NCBI GenBank assembly: GCA_050950145.1
Contig: JBMNHB010000001.1
Location: forward strand, 492,820-556,819
Length of the DNA stretch: 64,000 bases
DNA from: Candidatus Dojkabacteria bacterium
Lineage (GTDB): Bacteria > Patescibacteriota > Dojkabacteria > SC72
Direction: 5' to 3'
Each line of letters begins with the position of its first letter. Position 1 is the stretch's first letter. The position numbers and the translations under genes are program-made. The notes below the pieces were generated by a model that ran no database searches, had not been told where the DNA came from, and saw nothing but the letters and a program-made list of their open reading frames with translations. Shown here in pieces: positions 39,209-47,949 of this stretch.

Positions 39209-41936
39209 AAAAACAATACAAGAGAATACAGATACGATAGAGCAGAACTCCTCATTTAAATCCGGAGAGATTAGTAATAGGTCAATTGTAGATGAGATGA
39301 AAGGTAACTACCTTGACTACTCCATGTCCGTAATCGTATCAAGAGCACTACCAGAAGTAACAGATGGTCTAAAACCATCACAGAGAAGAATTCTTGTTGC
39401 AATTAATGACTTAGGTCTAACACCTTCATCACACTTTAGAAAATGTGCAAAGATTGCAGGTGATACTTCAGGTAACTATCACCCACACGGTGAAGCTGTA
39501 GTGTATCCAACCTTAGTAAAAATGGCTCAGGACTTCTCCATGAGATATCCATTAGTAGATGGACAAGGTAACTTTGGTTCCATTGACGGAGATGAAGCTG
39601 CAGCTATGAGATACACAGAAGCAAGAATGGGGAAGATTACACCAGAATTAATCTCTGAGCTAAACAAAGGTACTGTCACTTTCGTACCTAACTATGATGG
39701 AACAAGATTAGAACCAACAGTACTACCTGCAGGTTTTCCAAATGTACTAGCAAATGGAGGAGATGGAATTGCAGTAGGTATGGCTACAAAAATACCTCCT
39801 CATAACCTAACAGAACTAATCAATGCTTTACAAAAAATGATTTCCCTAGGTAACAAATGGGAAGGTAAAGCAGTATATGATGAATTAAGAAAACAGAAAG
39901 AGAAAGGTGAGAGAATCCCACAATTACTTAATGCACAACCAGCAGATTATTTAGAAAATTACATAAAGACTGAAGATGCTACTAACCAAGAAGTTCTTGA
40001 TACTCTAAGAGCAAAGATAGAAGAAGATGGAAATGTCCTCTATCCTGAATTTAAGTCAAACATTACACCAGAAGAGTTAGTTGAGATAATACCTGGCCCA
40101 GACTTCCCAACAGGGGCAACAATATACAACAGAGAAGAAATCTTAAATACATATGCAACTGGAAGAGGAAGAATACTACAAAGAGCAAAAGCATCCATAG
40201 TAGAAGGCAAACAAGGAAAATACCAAATTGTCATCACAGAGATACCTTTCCAAGTAAATAAAGCAAACCTCATTACCAAGATTGCTGACTTGGTAAAGGA
40301 TAAAAAGATTAAGGGTATTTCTGACATTATAGATGAATCCAATATTGAAGGAATGAGAGTTGTTGTATATCTCAAGAGAGATGCACAACCAAAAGCAGTT
40401 TTAAACAAGCTCTACAAATACACAGAGATGCAGAAGGTTTTTAATGCAAATATGATTGCATTGGTAGAGAAAGAGCCAAAGACATTACCTCTTAAAAGAT
40501 TCTTAGAACTCTTCCTCTCATTTAGATTAGTAGTAACAATAAGGAGATTTGAATTTGATTTAGCACAAGCAAGATACAGATCTCACATCTTAGAAGGATT
40601 ACTTAAAGCAATTGATATGCTTGACGAGGTCATTGCTACTATTAGAGGTTCAAAAACTCAAGAAACAGCAAAAACCAACTTAATGGACAAGTTTGACTTT
40701 ACAGAAGTACAGGCACAGGCAATCTTAGATATGCAGTTAAGGAGATTAGCAGCACTTGAGAGATTGAAATTACAAGATGAACAGAAAGAGTTGAAAGAGA
40801 AGATTAAAGAGTTAAATACACTTCTAGAAGATCCAACAAAGATGTTAGAGGTTGTAGATGCTGATCTTGAGATAATTAAAGAGAAGTTTGGAGATGAAAG
40901 GAGAACAAAGGTTGTTAAAGGTAAGGTTGATGAGATTTCAGAGGAGGATATGGTTGCTTCAGAGGATACTCTTGTAACAATTACTAATTCTGGATATGTA
41001 AAGAGATTAAGTCCAAATACATACAAGGCACAGAATAGGGGAGGCAAGGGTGTCTCTGGAGGAGAGACAAAGGAAGGTGATTTTGTAGAACATGCATTCT
41101 TGTGTAATACTCATGATGAACTATTACTTTTCACAAACAAAGGTAAGGTATATACACTACGAATATTTGAGATTCCAGATTTAGGTAGGACAGCAAAAGG
41201 ATTACCTCTTGTTAATCTTGTACAACTAGACCCTGAGGAGCTTGTAACTTCTGTATTAACTAGAGATCCAAAAGGAAAGATTGCTGAAGGAAAGAGTACA
41301 GAGGAAGCTAAAGAGAAAGAAACAACAAGAGAGTACAAATATCTCTTGATGGCAACAGAGAATGGTGTTGTAAAGAAAACAGCTCTTCCTGAATTTAAGA
41401 AGATTAGAGCTAATGGGTTAACAGCAATTAAACTAGATGCAGGTGACCAATTGATAGGGGTGAAAGCTACTACTGGTGATGATCAAGCAATTATCCTAAC
41501 AAGAGAAGGTAAGTCCGTAAGGTTTAAAGAAACAGATGTTAGACCTATGGGTAGAAGTACAAGAGGGGTAACAGGTATTAAGTTTAGAAGTAAAGAGGAT
41601 AGGGTAGTTGGTATTGGAATTGTAGAGAGTGATGAGCAGCAACTTCTCACTCTTTCAGAGTATGGTTACGGTAAGATGACAGCACTTAAGGAGTATGCAA
41701 CTCAAAAAAGAGGTGGTACAGGTATCTTTACATTTAGAGTAACACCTAAAACAGGTAATGTGGCTTGTGCAAGAATTCTGAGAGAAGAAGATGAAGAGAT
41801 TGTTGTAATATCTGAGAAATCTAAGGTTATAAGGGCAGATCTTAAGGATGTACCAAAGTTAAAGAGGCAGACTTCAGGTGTAAAGATGATGAATATCGCA
41901 AGTGGTGATAGAGTAGCAACAGTTGCTATCCTCTAA
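39195..41936 (+). CDS. gyrA: DNA gyrase subunit A
   Basis: YSMSVIVSRALPEVTDGLKPSQRRILVA, an active-site Tyr region, and a C-terminal beta-pinwheel with GyrA-box-like repeats. Confidence 0.9.
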   Translation: MDEDKKTIQENTDTIEQNSSFKSGEISNRSIVDEMKGNYLDYSMSVIVSRALPEVTDGLKPSQRRILVAINDLGLTPSSHFRKCAKIAGDTSGNYHPHGEAVVYPTLVKMAQDFSMRYPLVDGQGNFGSIDGDEAAAMRYTEARMGKITPELISELNKGTVTFVPNYDGTRLEPTVLPAGFPNVLANGGDGIAVGMATKIPPHNLTELINALQKMISLGNKWEGKAVYDELRKQKEKGERIPQLLNAQPADYLENYIKTEDATNQEVLDTLRAKIEEDGNVLYPEFKSNITPEELVEIIPGPDFPTGATIYNREEILNTYATGRGRILQRAKASIVEGKQGKYQIVITEIPFQVNKANLITKIADLVKDKKIKGISDIIDESNIEGMRVVVYLKRDAQPKAVLNKLYKYTEMQKVFNANMIALVEKEPKTLPLKRFLELFLSFRLVVTIRRFEFDLAQARYRSHILEGLLKAIDMLDEVIATIRGSKTQETAKTNLMDKFDFTEVQAQAILDMQLRRLAALERLKLQDEQKELKEKIKELNTLLEDPTKMLEVVDADLEIIKEKFGDERRTKVVKGKVDEISEEDMVASEDTLVTITNSGYVKRLSPNTYKAQNRGGKGVSGGETKEGDFVEHAFLCNTHDELLLFTNKGKVYTLRIFEIPDLGRTAKGLPLVNLVQLDPEELVTSVLTRDPKGKIAEGKSTEEAKEKETTREYKYLLMATENGVVKKTALPEFKKIRANGLTAIKLDAGDQLIGVKATTGDDQAIILTREGKSVRFKETDVRPMGRSTRGVTGIKFRSKEDRVVGIGIVESDEQQLLTLSEYGYGKMTALKEYATQKRGGTGIFTFRVTPKTGNVACARILREEDEEIVVISEKSKVIRADLKDVPKLKRQTSGVKMMNIASGDRVATVAIL

Positions 41937-42005
41937 AATCCCCCATAGTAAGATTAAAAAACCTTAAAAACGATATGTTTGTTCTTTCATGACAAGGAGA
42001 AATTA

Positions 42006-42049
42006 ACAGACCAGGTCTGCTTGACAATCTTCCACTTTTAGGACATAAT
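42006..42049 (+). promoter_or_regulatory. Palindrome ACAGACCaGGTCTG followed after 1 nt by a sigma70-like promoter TTGACA-17-CATAAT upstream of abiEi
   Basis: Palindrome 42006-42019, -35 at 42021-42026, 17-nt spacer, -10 at 42044-42049. abiEi ATG at 42076. Confidence 0.6.
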
Positions 42050-42075
42050 ATGTCCCATATCTAAAAGACACAAAT

Positions 42076-42720
42076 ATGAAAAAAAGCATTCTTAAAGACA
42101 ACCTAAAAACTCTTTTTTTAACAAAAGACATGCTTCGTTTACTCTCTGATGAAAATGAAGAATCTATTAACAAAAGTATTACTAGATGGATAAAGAGTGG
42201 GGATTTAGTCAAACTAAAAAATGGTCTTTACATTTCAAAGGCGAATGTGGATAGCTATTCTGCAACAGAAGGATTTACAGAATTAATTGCAAATAAATTA
42301 AGAACACCATCGTATGTTTCTTTAGAATATGCACTTGCAAAATATGGTATTCTAACTGAAGTAATATATGCAGTAACTTCACTAACATTAAAAACAGGTA
42401 GAAAGTATAGTAATCCAACTGGAGAATATATATACAGAAGTATTAGAAAAGAATTTTTTACTGGATATACAGCAATGAGATTTCTTAACTATACATACTA
42501 CATAGCTACAAAAGAAAAAGCCCTTTTTGATTACATTTACTTCTCCTTAGATACACTTCCAGAAGATATACAGAATATTAACCTTGTTGAGGAATTAAGA
42601 TTAAATATGAAATCTTTCAAAAAGAAAGATTTAGCAGAACTTCAGAGATATGCAAAGATATCAAAAAACAAGAAAGTTATTAAAATAATTGAGAATATTG
42701 TTAAAAATGCATCCAATTAA
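42076..42720 (+). CDS. abiEi: AbiEi-like antitoxin / transcriptional regulator (type IV TA, abortive infection)
   Basis: N-terminal LFLTKDMLRLLSDENEESINKSITRWIKSGDLVKLKNGLYIS resembles the AbiEi_4 wHTH domain. It overlaps and precedes an AbiEii gene. Confidence 0.6.
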   Translation: MKKSILKDNLKTLFLTKDMLRLLSDENEESINKSITRWIKSGDLVKLKNGLYISKANVDSYSATEGFTELIANKLRTPSYVSLEYALAKYGILTEVIYAVTSLTLKTGRKYSNPTGEYIYRSIRKEFFTGYTAMRFLNYTYYIATKEKALFDYIYFSLDTLPEDIQNINLVEELRLNMKSFKKKDLAELQRYAKISKNKKVIKIIENIVKNASN

Positions 42721-43522
42721 ATATCAACTACAAACAATTGTTCAAGAGGCAAAGAGTAAGAACAAAAGTAATGCTTTGATTAGAAACAAGCTTAAGGAAT
42801 ACTTGCAGGATATTATCTTGTATATAATATATAGCAACAAGAAATACAAAGATCTCATTTTCTACGGAGGAACACTACTAAGAAAGGTATATGGATTAAA
42901 CAGGCTTTCTGAAGATTTAGATTTTGAGAGTACTACTAGGATTGATATAGATGAGGTGGCTTCTGTGATAAGGAAATATTTTAAGGAGGAGCATTTTAAT
43001 GGGGTAGAGGTAACAACACAGAGAAGTGAGAATATAATGAGGTGTTTGGTTGAGTTTGAACTGTTACATGATTTAGGATTATCAGAAAATGAAAATGAGA
43101 AGCTACATGTTAAGGTAGAGATAAATGAGAGAGTAGGGAGTAAGTATCCAACAGAATATACACCATATACAAAAGATATATACAGCATGGTTATTAAACA
43201 TTACTCATTACCAATTCTAATGGCTAGTAAGATGATTGCTTGTATAGAAAGGATATACAGAAGAGGAAAAAGTAATGTTAGTATTAAGGGACGAGATTTC
43301 TACGATTTAATTTGGTATATGGAGAAAGGTATAGAGCCAGATAAAACCTTTCTTAAAGATAGTAAATATACAGTAAATGAAGCATGGGAGAGTATTGATA
43401 AGGTTGTAGATAGGATTTCAAAAAAAGACCTCTTAGTTGATTTAGAACCTCTTTTTGAAAATAGTACATATATCAATGAGTGGTGTAGTAACTTTCATTC
43501 TTTCTACAAAAGATTGAGATAG
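42689..43522 (+). CDS. abiEii: AbiEii/AbiGii-family nucleotidyltransferase toxin (DUF1814)
   Basis: LIFYGGTLLRKVYGLNRLSEDLDFES matches the conserved fKGGTaLrkvyg.dRfSEDiDF motif of AbiEii NTases. Confidence 0.8.
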   Translation: MRILLKMHPIKYQLQTIVQEAKSKNKSNALIRNKLKEYLQDIILYIIYSNKKYKDLIFYGGTLLRKVYGLNRLSEDLDFESTTRIDIDEVASVIRKYFKEEHFNGVEVTTQRSENIMRCLVEFELLHDLGLSENENEKLHVKVEINERVGSKYPTEYTPYTKDIYSMVIKHYSLPILMASKMIACIERIYRRGKSNVSIKGRDFYDLIWYMEKGIEPDKTFLKDSKYTVNEAWESIDKVVDRISKKDLLVDLEPLFENSTYINEWCSNFHSFYKRLR

Positions 43523-43527
43523 ACATA

Positions 43528-43758
43528 TCAAAATCCATTCATTCTACTAATATTAAAATCTCTGTAATATTCATCTCCTGAGAGTTCTACAATATTCTTA
43601 GAAAGCTCATCATAACTCATCCAACTATCATCTATCTTTCTCTTCTTAGTAAGCTTTTTAATTAACTTCTCAACATTTGTAAATCTTTTGTCGTATTCGG
43701 ACATGCTCCTTTTAATAATGTCCAAAATGATTGTAATATCTTCGTATGTTAGTCTCAT
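43528..43758 (-). CDS. Hypothetical small protein
   Basis: ORF only, convergent with abiEii. Confidence 0.25.
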   Translation of the reverse strand: MRLTYEDITIILDIIKRSMSEYDKRFTNVEKLIKKLTKKRKIDDSWMSYDELSKNIVELSGDEYYRDFNISRMNGF

Positions 43759-43888
43759 ATTTTCCCTTACTAAATTTAATACTTAATTCTACACTGACCT
43801 AAGATATACTTCCTCACCTAGAGAATGCTAACTCTGTCTTGTATAATAGATACTATTTAGAAAGAGATATATGTTGTAAAATAGGGAT

Positions 43889-44704
43889 ATGGAAAAATTA
43901 CTTACAAAAATAATTATATTTCTAATGGGTATTACTCTCTCTACAACTTCATTTAACTTTACAGATAATAATGAGGTAGAAAAGAAAAGGAGTACTCCAA
44001 ATATTATAGTAGAGGAAAAAATACAGAATGACAATCATCAGATAAGGCGTAGTGGTATAGTACAAAAAGAGAGTATAACGAGTACTACTGGGTGGTGGAG
44101 CTATCCTACAGATATTAAACTAACAAAGAGAAATGGTGATGATTTACTTGTTTTAGTTAACAAGGAGTATAGGTTAAGTGAGAGTTATGTACCTAGTGGT
44201 TTGGTATCTGCCAGCTTATCAGGTATTAGGAGAGGAGGTAGTTATCAATTAAGAAACATTGTTATAGATGACCTACGAGATTTAGTTAATCAAGCAGCAA
44301 GTGATGGAGTGGACCTTAGTATTAGATCTGGGTACAGATCGTATCAAGATCAATTAAGTACATATAACTATTGGTTGAGGTATAACGGAAATAACGCTGA
44401 CTATGCTGATAGGGTATCGGCTAGGGCAGGACATAGTCAACATCAGCTTGGTACAGCTGTAGATTTTAGTACTTCAGAGATTCAAGATGGTATAGGAGGA
44501 CAATTTGCACCAACAAAAGCAGCTAAATGGTTGGAAGAGAATGCATACAAATATGGTTTTGTAATATCTTTTCCAAGAGGTTATGAAAGTGTGACAGGGT
44601 ATAACTATGAGAGTTGGCATTATAGATATATAGGTAAAGCTAATGCACAGGAGATGGTAAATAGTGGTAAGATTCTTGAGATATATCTGAGAGAGAAGAA
44701 TTAA
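43889..44704 (+). CDS. D-alanyl-D-alanine carboxypeptidase, peptidase M15B (VanY-like)
   Basis: N-terminal signal/TM, SGYRSYQDQ, zinc ligands H-x6-D in HSQHQLGTAVDF, and a SWHYRY motif. Confidence 0.75.
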   Translation: MEKLLTKIIIFLMGITLSTTSFNFTDNNEVEKKRSTPNIIVEEKIQNDNHQIRRSGIVQKESITSTTGWWSYPTDIKLTKRNGDDLLVLVNKEYRLSESYVPSGLVSASLSGIRRGGSYQLRNIVIDDLRDLVNQAASDGVDLSIRSGYRSYQDQLSTYNYWLRYNGNNADYADRVSARAGHSQHQLGTAVDFSTSEIQDGIGGQFAPTKAAKWLEENAYKYGFVISFPRGYESVTGYNYESWHYRYIGKANAQEMVNSGKILEIYLREKN

Positions 44705-44767
44705 AAAGTCATTAACTATACAACATTTCTTTTGATTTAATCTCAAAAATATTGTATAATTAAGTAT

Positions 44768-44808
44768 TAGGTTAAGGGAGGTCCATTACAAAAATGTCCC
44801 TCCCATTT
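44768..44808 (+). terminator. Rho-independent terminator after the VanY-like gene
   Basis: GGGAGG-tccattacaaaaatgt-CCCTCCC followed by attttttatt. Confidence 0.55.
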
Positions 44809-44860
44809 TTTATTCCCTCTTTTACCAAATTATCCAAAGTATGATAAACTAAATCTAATA

Positions 44861-45514
44861 ATGAAGAAGAAAAACCTTTTTCAAAAAATAAATAGCATAT
44901 ATGTAGGAATGGGGTTCTTCTTCCTTACTATTGCACTAATAGCTATCATGATACCCATATGGCCATATATATGGTATAGATTAAATCCAAAAGAAACAGA
45001 TAAAGAGGTAGAGAAGATTGTAAAAGAGATAACACCTCCAGAAGTAGAAATAGAGAAGAAAGAAGAGATAATAGAAGAAGCTATATCAAACCTTCCTCCA
45101 TTTGATCCTTCATTACCTGAAGGATTGTTTGTGATAATTCCAAAGATAGGGGTAGAATCTCCAATATCAACAAGTAAGGATTACAATGATGGATTAGAGA
45201 ACGGTTCTTGGATTGTTTCAAATTACGGTACACCAGAATATACAGAACTACCGATAATATTAGCTGCACATAGGTTTGGATATTCATATTGGGGTATAGA
45301 GAAAAGAAACAAGATATCTTACTACAATCTTCCTAAAACAGGAGAAGGTGATGAAATAATCATATATTGGAATCAGAGAGCATATAAGTATAGGATATAT
45401 AAGTCAGAAGAGAGCACCTACATTAGCGATTATGACACAGACCTCATACTATATACATGTAAATTCTTTAATTCTCCAATACGTATATTTAGATATGCAG
45501 AGCGTATCTACTAA
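44861..45514 (+). CDS. Sortase family transpeptidase
   Basis: N-terminal TM anchor. Motifs ILAAHRFG (His), LILYTC (TLxTC Cys) and a downstream Arg are present. Confidence 0.6.
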   Translation: MKKKNLFQKINSIYVGMGFFFLTIALIAIMIPIWPYIWYRLNPKETDKEVEKIVKEITPPEVEIEKKEEIIEEAISNLPPFDPSLPEGLFVIIPKIGVESPISTSKDYNDGLENGSWIVSNYGTPEYTELPIILAAHRFGYSYWGIEKRNKISYYNLPKTGEGDEIIIYWNQRAYKYRIYKSEESTYISDYDTDLILYTCKFFNSPIRIFRYAERIY

Positions 45515-45609
45515 ACTTTATCTCCTATTCGTATACAACCCATAGTGTTGTATATTGGGTTTCTTTATGCTATAATCCTCCTGCATTTAAATTAACTAGC
45601 CCTTTAAAT

Positions 45610-45849
45610 ATGAGGAAGTTATTTTCAGCAATTTTAACTATTGCAATGATTTCCTTCTTTAGTGTTGCTCCTGTACTAGCTAGTGGTAATCCATACGGTC
45701 CATATAATCCATATGAACCACATATCCCATTACCAACAGGTTTTGGTGATACAGATATCTTCTATCTAGTTGCATTAGTAGCATTTACAGTAGGTATGGT
45801 CATTTTAGCAATAGCTAAAAACCTTAAGGGCAAGCAGTCTGCTGCTTAA
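45610..45849 (+). CDS. 79-aa secreted mini-protein with C-terminal sortase-type sorting signal (LPTG, hydrophobic segment, KGK tail)
   Basis: Signal peptide MRKLFSAILTIAMISFFSVAPVLA. A mature part SGNPYGPYNPYEPHIP of only about 17 aa, then LPTG, the TM FYLVALVAFTVGMVILAIA, and the tail KNLKGKQSAA. It lies directly downstream of a sortase gene. Confidence 0.5.
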   Translation: MRKLFSAILTIAMISFFSVAPVLASGNPYGPYNPYEPHIPLPTGFGDTDIFYLVALVAFTVGMVILAIAKNLKGKQSAA

Positions 45850-45871
45850 TTGGTGGACTGCTCCCTTAAGG
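45823..45871 (+). terminator. Hairpin spanning the stop codon of the mini-protein gene (weak terminator/attenuator-like)
   Basis: CTTAAGGGcaAGCAGTC ... GACTGCTcCCTTAAGG, with the stop codon in the loop and a weak downstream T-run. Confidence 0.35.
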
Positions 45872-45923
45872 AGCTAAATGCAATCTAATTTTAATCACTG
45901 CTCAATATGAACTATTTACAAGA

Positions 45924-46682
45924 ATGAAACTATCTTTGGTAATACCAACATACAAAAAACAAAGAGAAGTATTGGATCAGTTAGAAAGACTCTATGGTTT
46001 TCTTTCTAGAAAAAATCCAAATTTTGAACTCATCTTCGTAATTGATGGGTATGTTGATAATACTAAGGATATTTTAAATAAGTATGTTAAAGAGAACAGA
46101 CTTAAGAAAGTTTCAGTAATTGGTTACAAAGAAAATAGAGGAAAAGGATATGCTGTTAGATATGGTATGAAAAGAGCAAAAGGTGATGTAATCGGCTTTG
46201 TTGATGCAGATACAGATATTCAGATTAAAACATTAGGATATGCTCTTAAAGCAATTAAAGATGATTCTGTAATGGCAGTAATACCTTCTAAACTTCATAA
46301 AGATTCTAATATTGAAATGAAATTAGGAAGAAAGATTCTCTCCTACGGTTTGATACTTGCAAACAGGATATTCTTAAATCTTCCAAAGAATGTTAATGAT
46401 GTAGGATGTGGATTAAAACTCTTTAGAAAAGAATTAGTAGAGAGAATTTTACCTAGATTAAAAGTTAATGGATTTGCTATTGACTCAGATATATTAAATG
46501 AGATTGGTAGGGTAGGATACAATATTGCTATTACACCTTTCTTCTTAAACAAGAATAGAAGTGATAGTACATCTGTAAATATTAAAGAAACTTCCAAAAT
46601 GTTAAAGGATATATTTAGTATTGCTGTAAATAATAGGGTATTGGTTAATAGGAATAAGGAATTATTAGGATTAGAGAAATAA
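45924..46682 (+). CDS. Family 2 glycosyltransferase (Dpm1/GtrB-like)
   Basis: LSLVIPTYKKQREV...ELIFVIDGYVDNTKDIL...NRGKGYAVRYG...GFVDADTD is the GT2 DXD architecture. Confidence 0.65.
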   Translation: MKLSLVIPTYKKQREVLDQLERLYGFLSRKNPNFELIFVIDGYVDNTKDILNKYVKENRLKKVSVIGYKENRGKGYAVRYGMKRAKGDVIGFVDADTDIQIKTLGYALKAIKDDSVMAVIPSKLHKDSNIEMKLGRKILSYGLILANRIFLNLPKNVNDVGCGLKLFRKELVERILPRLKVNGFAIDSDILNEIGRVGYNIAITPFFLNKNRSDSTSVNIKETSKMLKDIFSIAVNNRVLVNRNKELLGLEK

Positions 46683-46727
46683 CTTTAATTGATATAGATC
46701 CCTAGATTTTGTATGATATAGTTAGCA

Positions 46728-46790
46728 GAGGGAATACTCGCCCCATATGCTTGGGGAGATGAGATTCCCTCTTTCTTTTCTAAAACTAAC
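46728..46790 (+). terminator. Nested hairpin plus T-run terminating the GT2 gene
   Basis: GAGGGAAT-actcg-CCCCatatgcttGGGG-agatgag-ATTCCCTC followed by tttcttttc. Confidence 0.5.
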
Positions 46791-46821
46791 TATCAAGTTA
46801 ATATCTTTATCAAATTTTCTC

Positions 46822-46903
46822 TTGTTATTAACACAAAAAACAAGTATACTTAGCTAATAGGTTGCAGAAGAGTCATCACCAAGATAGGCTCTTCTTTTTT
46901 TTA
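46822..46903 (+). ncRNA. Promoter-hairpin-T-run module copy 1 (TTGTTA-17-TATACT, then AGAAGAG...CTCTTCT plus T8). Candidate tiny sRNA or orphan promoter/terminator unit.
   Basis: -35 at 46822-46827, -10 at 46845-46850, stem 46866-46872/46889-46895, T-run 46896-46903. It is paralogous to 47019-47100 and 47776-47857. Confidence 0.4.
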
Positions 46904-47018
46904 CATAATCAATTTCCTAATAAATACAATTATGAAATCTAGATTGACTTGATATATAAGAAATTGAAAAACTTTTCTAAAACTAACTATCAAGTTAATA
47001 TCTTTATCAAATTTTCTC

Positions 47019-47100
47019 TTGCTATTAATGTGATAACAAAGTATACTTGTATCAATAGGATTCGGGAGGGCCCTTACGAAAGTTTTGACCCTCCCATTTT
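47019..47100 (+). ncRNA. Promoter-hairpin-T-run module copy 2 (TTGCTA-17-TATACT, then GGGAGGG...CCCTCCC plus Ts)
   Basis: -35 at 47019-47024, -10 at 47042-47047, stem 47064-47070/47089-47095. It is preceded by the shared A-unit ACAATTATGAAATCTAGATTGACTT at 46926. The hairpin abuts the 3' end of the NYN gene. Confidence 0.4.
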
Positions 47101-47710
47101 ATTTCTCAATAAAACTCTTTATTCTTGAAAACTCTTTGTATTCTCTAGAATATTTTTCTTTAATAATTCTAGCAGTCTTTTTTTTATGTGAAAGAACTGC
47201 AAACCTTGTTCCCTTCTCTCTTGCATATCGAAGTAGTATCTCGAAATCTCCATCTCCAGAAAGGAGAATAAATGAATCGTACTCTGGTTCTAATCGAAGC
47301 ATATCATAGGTTAAGTCAACATCACAGTTAGCTTTTAACTTTAATCCTCTTCCTGTTCTAATATGTTTAATTGGTTTTAGTCTTAAAACATAACCAAACT
47401 CTTCTAATTTCTTGAAGAACTGTACCTTCTTAATACTTTTGTGAATCTTCTGACTGTTCTTTCCAGTCCTCTGTTTAGGTAATTTGGTCAAATACTCAAG
47501 GAGGTTCTTAATTGGATATGGGGCAGTTGATTTGATATTTGCTTCATATCCACAAGTGTCAACTCCTGAGTAATAGAAAAACTTTTTAACTTTGTATTTA
47601 CTTTTGAGGTATTCCATCAGCTTCTTAAAATCGACCCTCCAATCTTGGTCATTTGGTGTTCCATAAAACATATTTGAAGCATCGATAAAGACATAACAGT
47701 TTTTAGTCAT
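47099..47710 (-). CDS. NYN-domain (LabA/DUF88-like, PIN-related) protein
   Basis: YVFIDASNMFYG ... NCDVDLTYDMLRL ... DSFILLSGDGDFEILL. The acidic residues of NYN/LabA nucleases are conserved. Confidence 0.7.
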   Translation of the reverse strand: MTKNCYVFIDASNMFYGTPNDQDWRVDFKKLMEYLKSKYKVKKFFYYSGVDTCGYEANIKSTAPYPIKNLLEYLTKLPKQRTGKNSQKIHKSIKKVQFFKKLEEFGYVLRLKPIKHIRTGRGLKLKANCDVDLTYDMLRLEPEYDSFILLSGDGDFEILLRYAREKGTRFAVLSHKKKTARIIKEKYSREYKEFSRIKSFIEK

Positions 47711-47729
47711 ATATAGATATTACAAAACA

Positions 47730-47857
47730 ATTATGAAATCTAGATTAACTTCATATACGAGAAACTAAGATTTTCTTGTTATCAACTCAACAAACAAGTA
47801 TACTTACAACAATAGGATTCGGGGTGGCCACTCATTTTGACTGACCATCCCTTTTTT
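47730..47857 (+). ncRNA. Promoter-hairpin-T-run module copy 3 with A-unit (TTGTTA-17-TATACT, then GGGGTGG...CCATCCC plus T6)
   Basis: A-unit ACAATTATGAAATCTAGATTAACTT at 47730. -35 at 47776-47781, -10 at 47799-47804, stem 47821-47827/47845-47851 (with one G:U). Confidence 0.4.
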
Positions 47858-47949
47858 CTTAATTGTACTTCCCAACAAAATATTGCAATATATTTCCATA
47901 ACATACGGAAAAGTGTATGTTACAGAAATAAAATAAATAGAAAATGGAA

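Noticed and set aside
40040-41338. Minus-strand ORFs inside gyrA (40040-40408, 40176-40388, 40658-41047, 41111-41338)
   Set aside because: They are antisense shadows of a highly conserved gene.
46769-47862. Possibility that the tandem repeats near 46.8-47.9 kb are a CRISPR array
   Set aside because: The units are 130-200 bp and contain promoter hexamers and terminator hairpins. There is no short regular repeat-spacer periodicity, and no cas genes are in the window.
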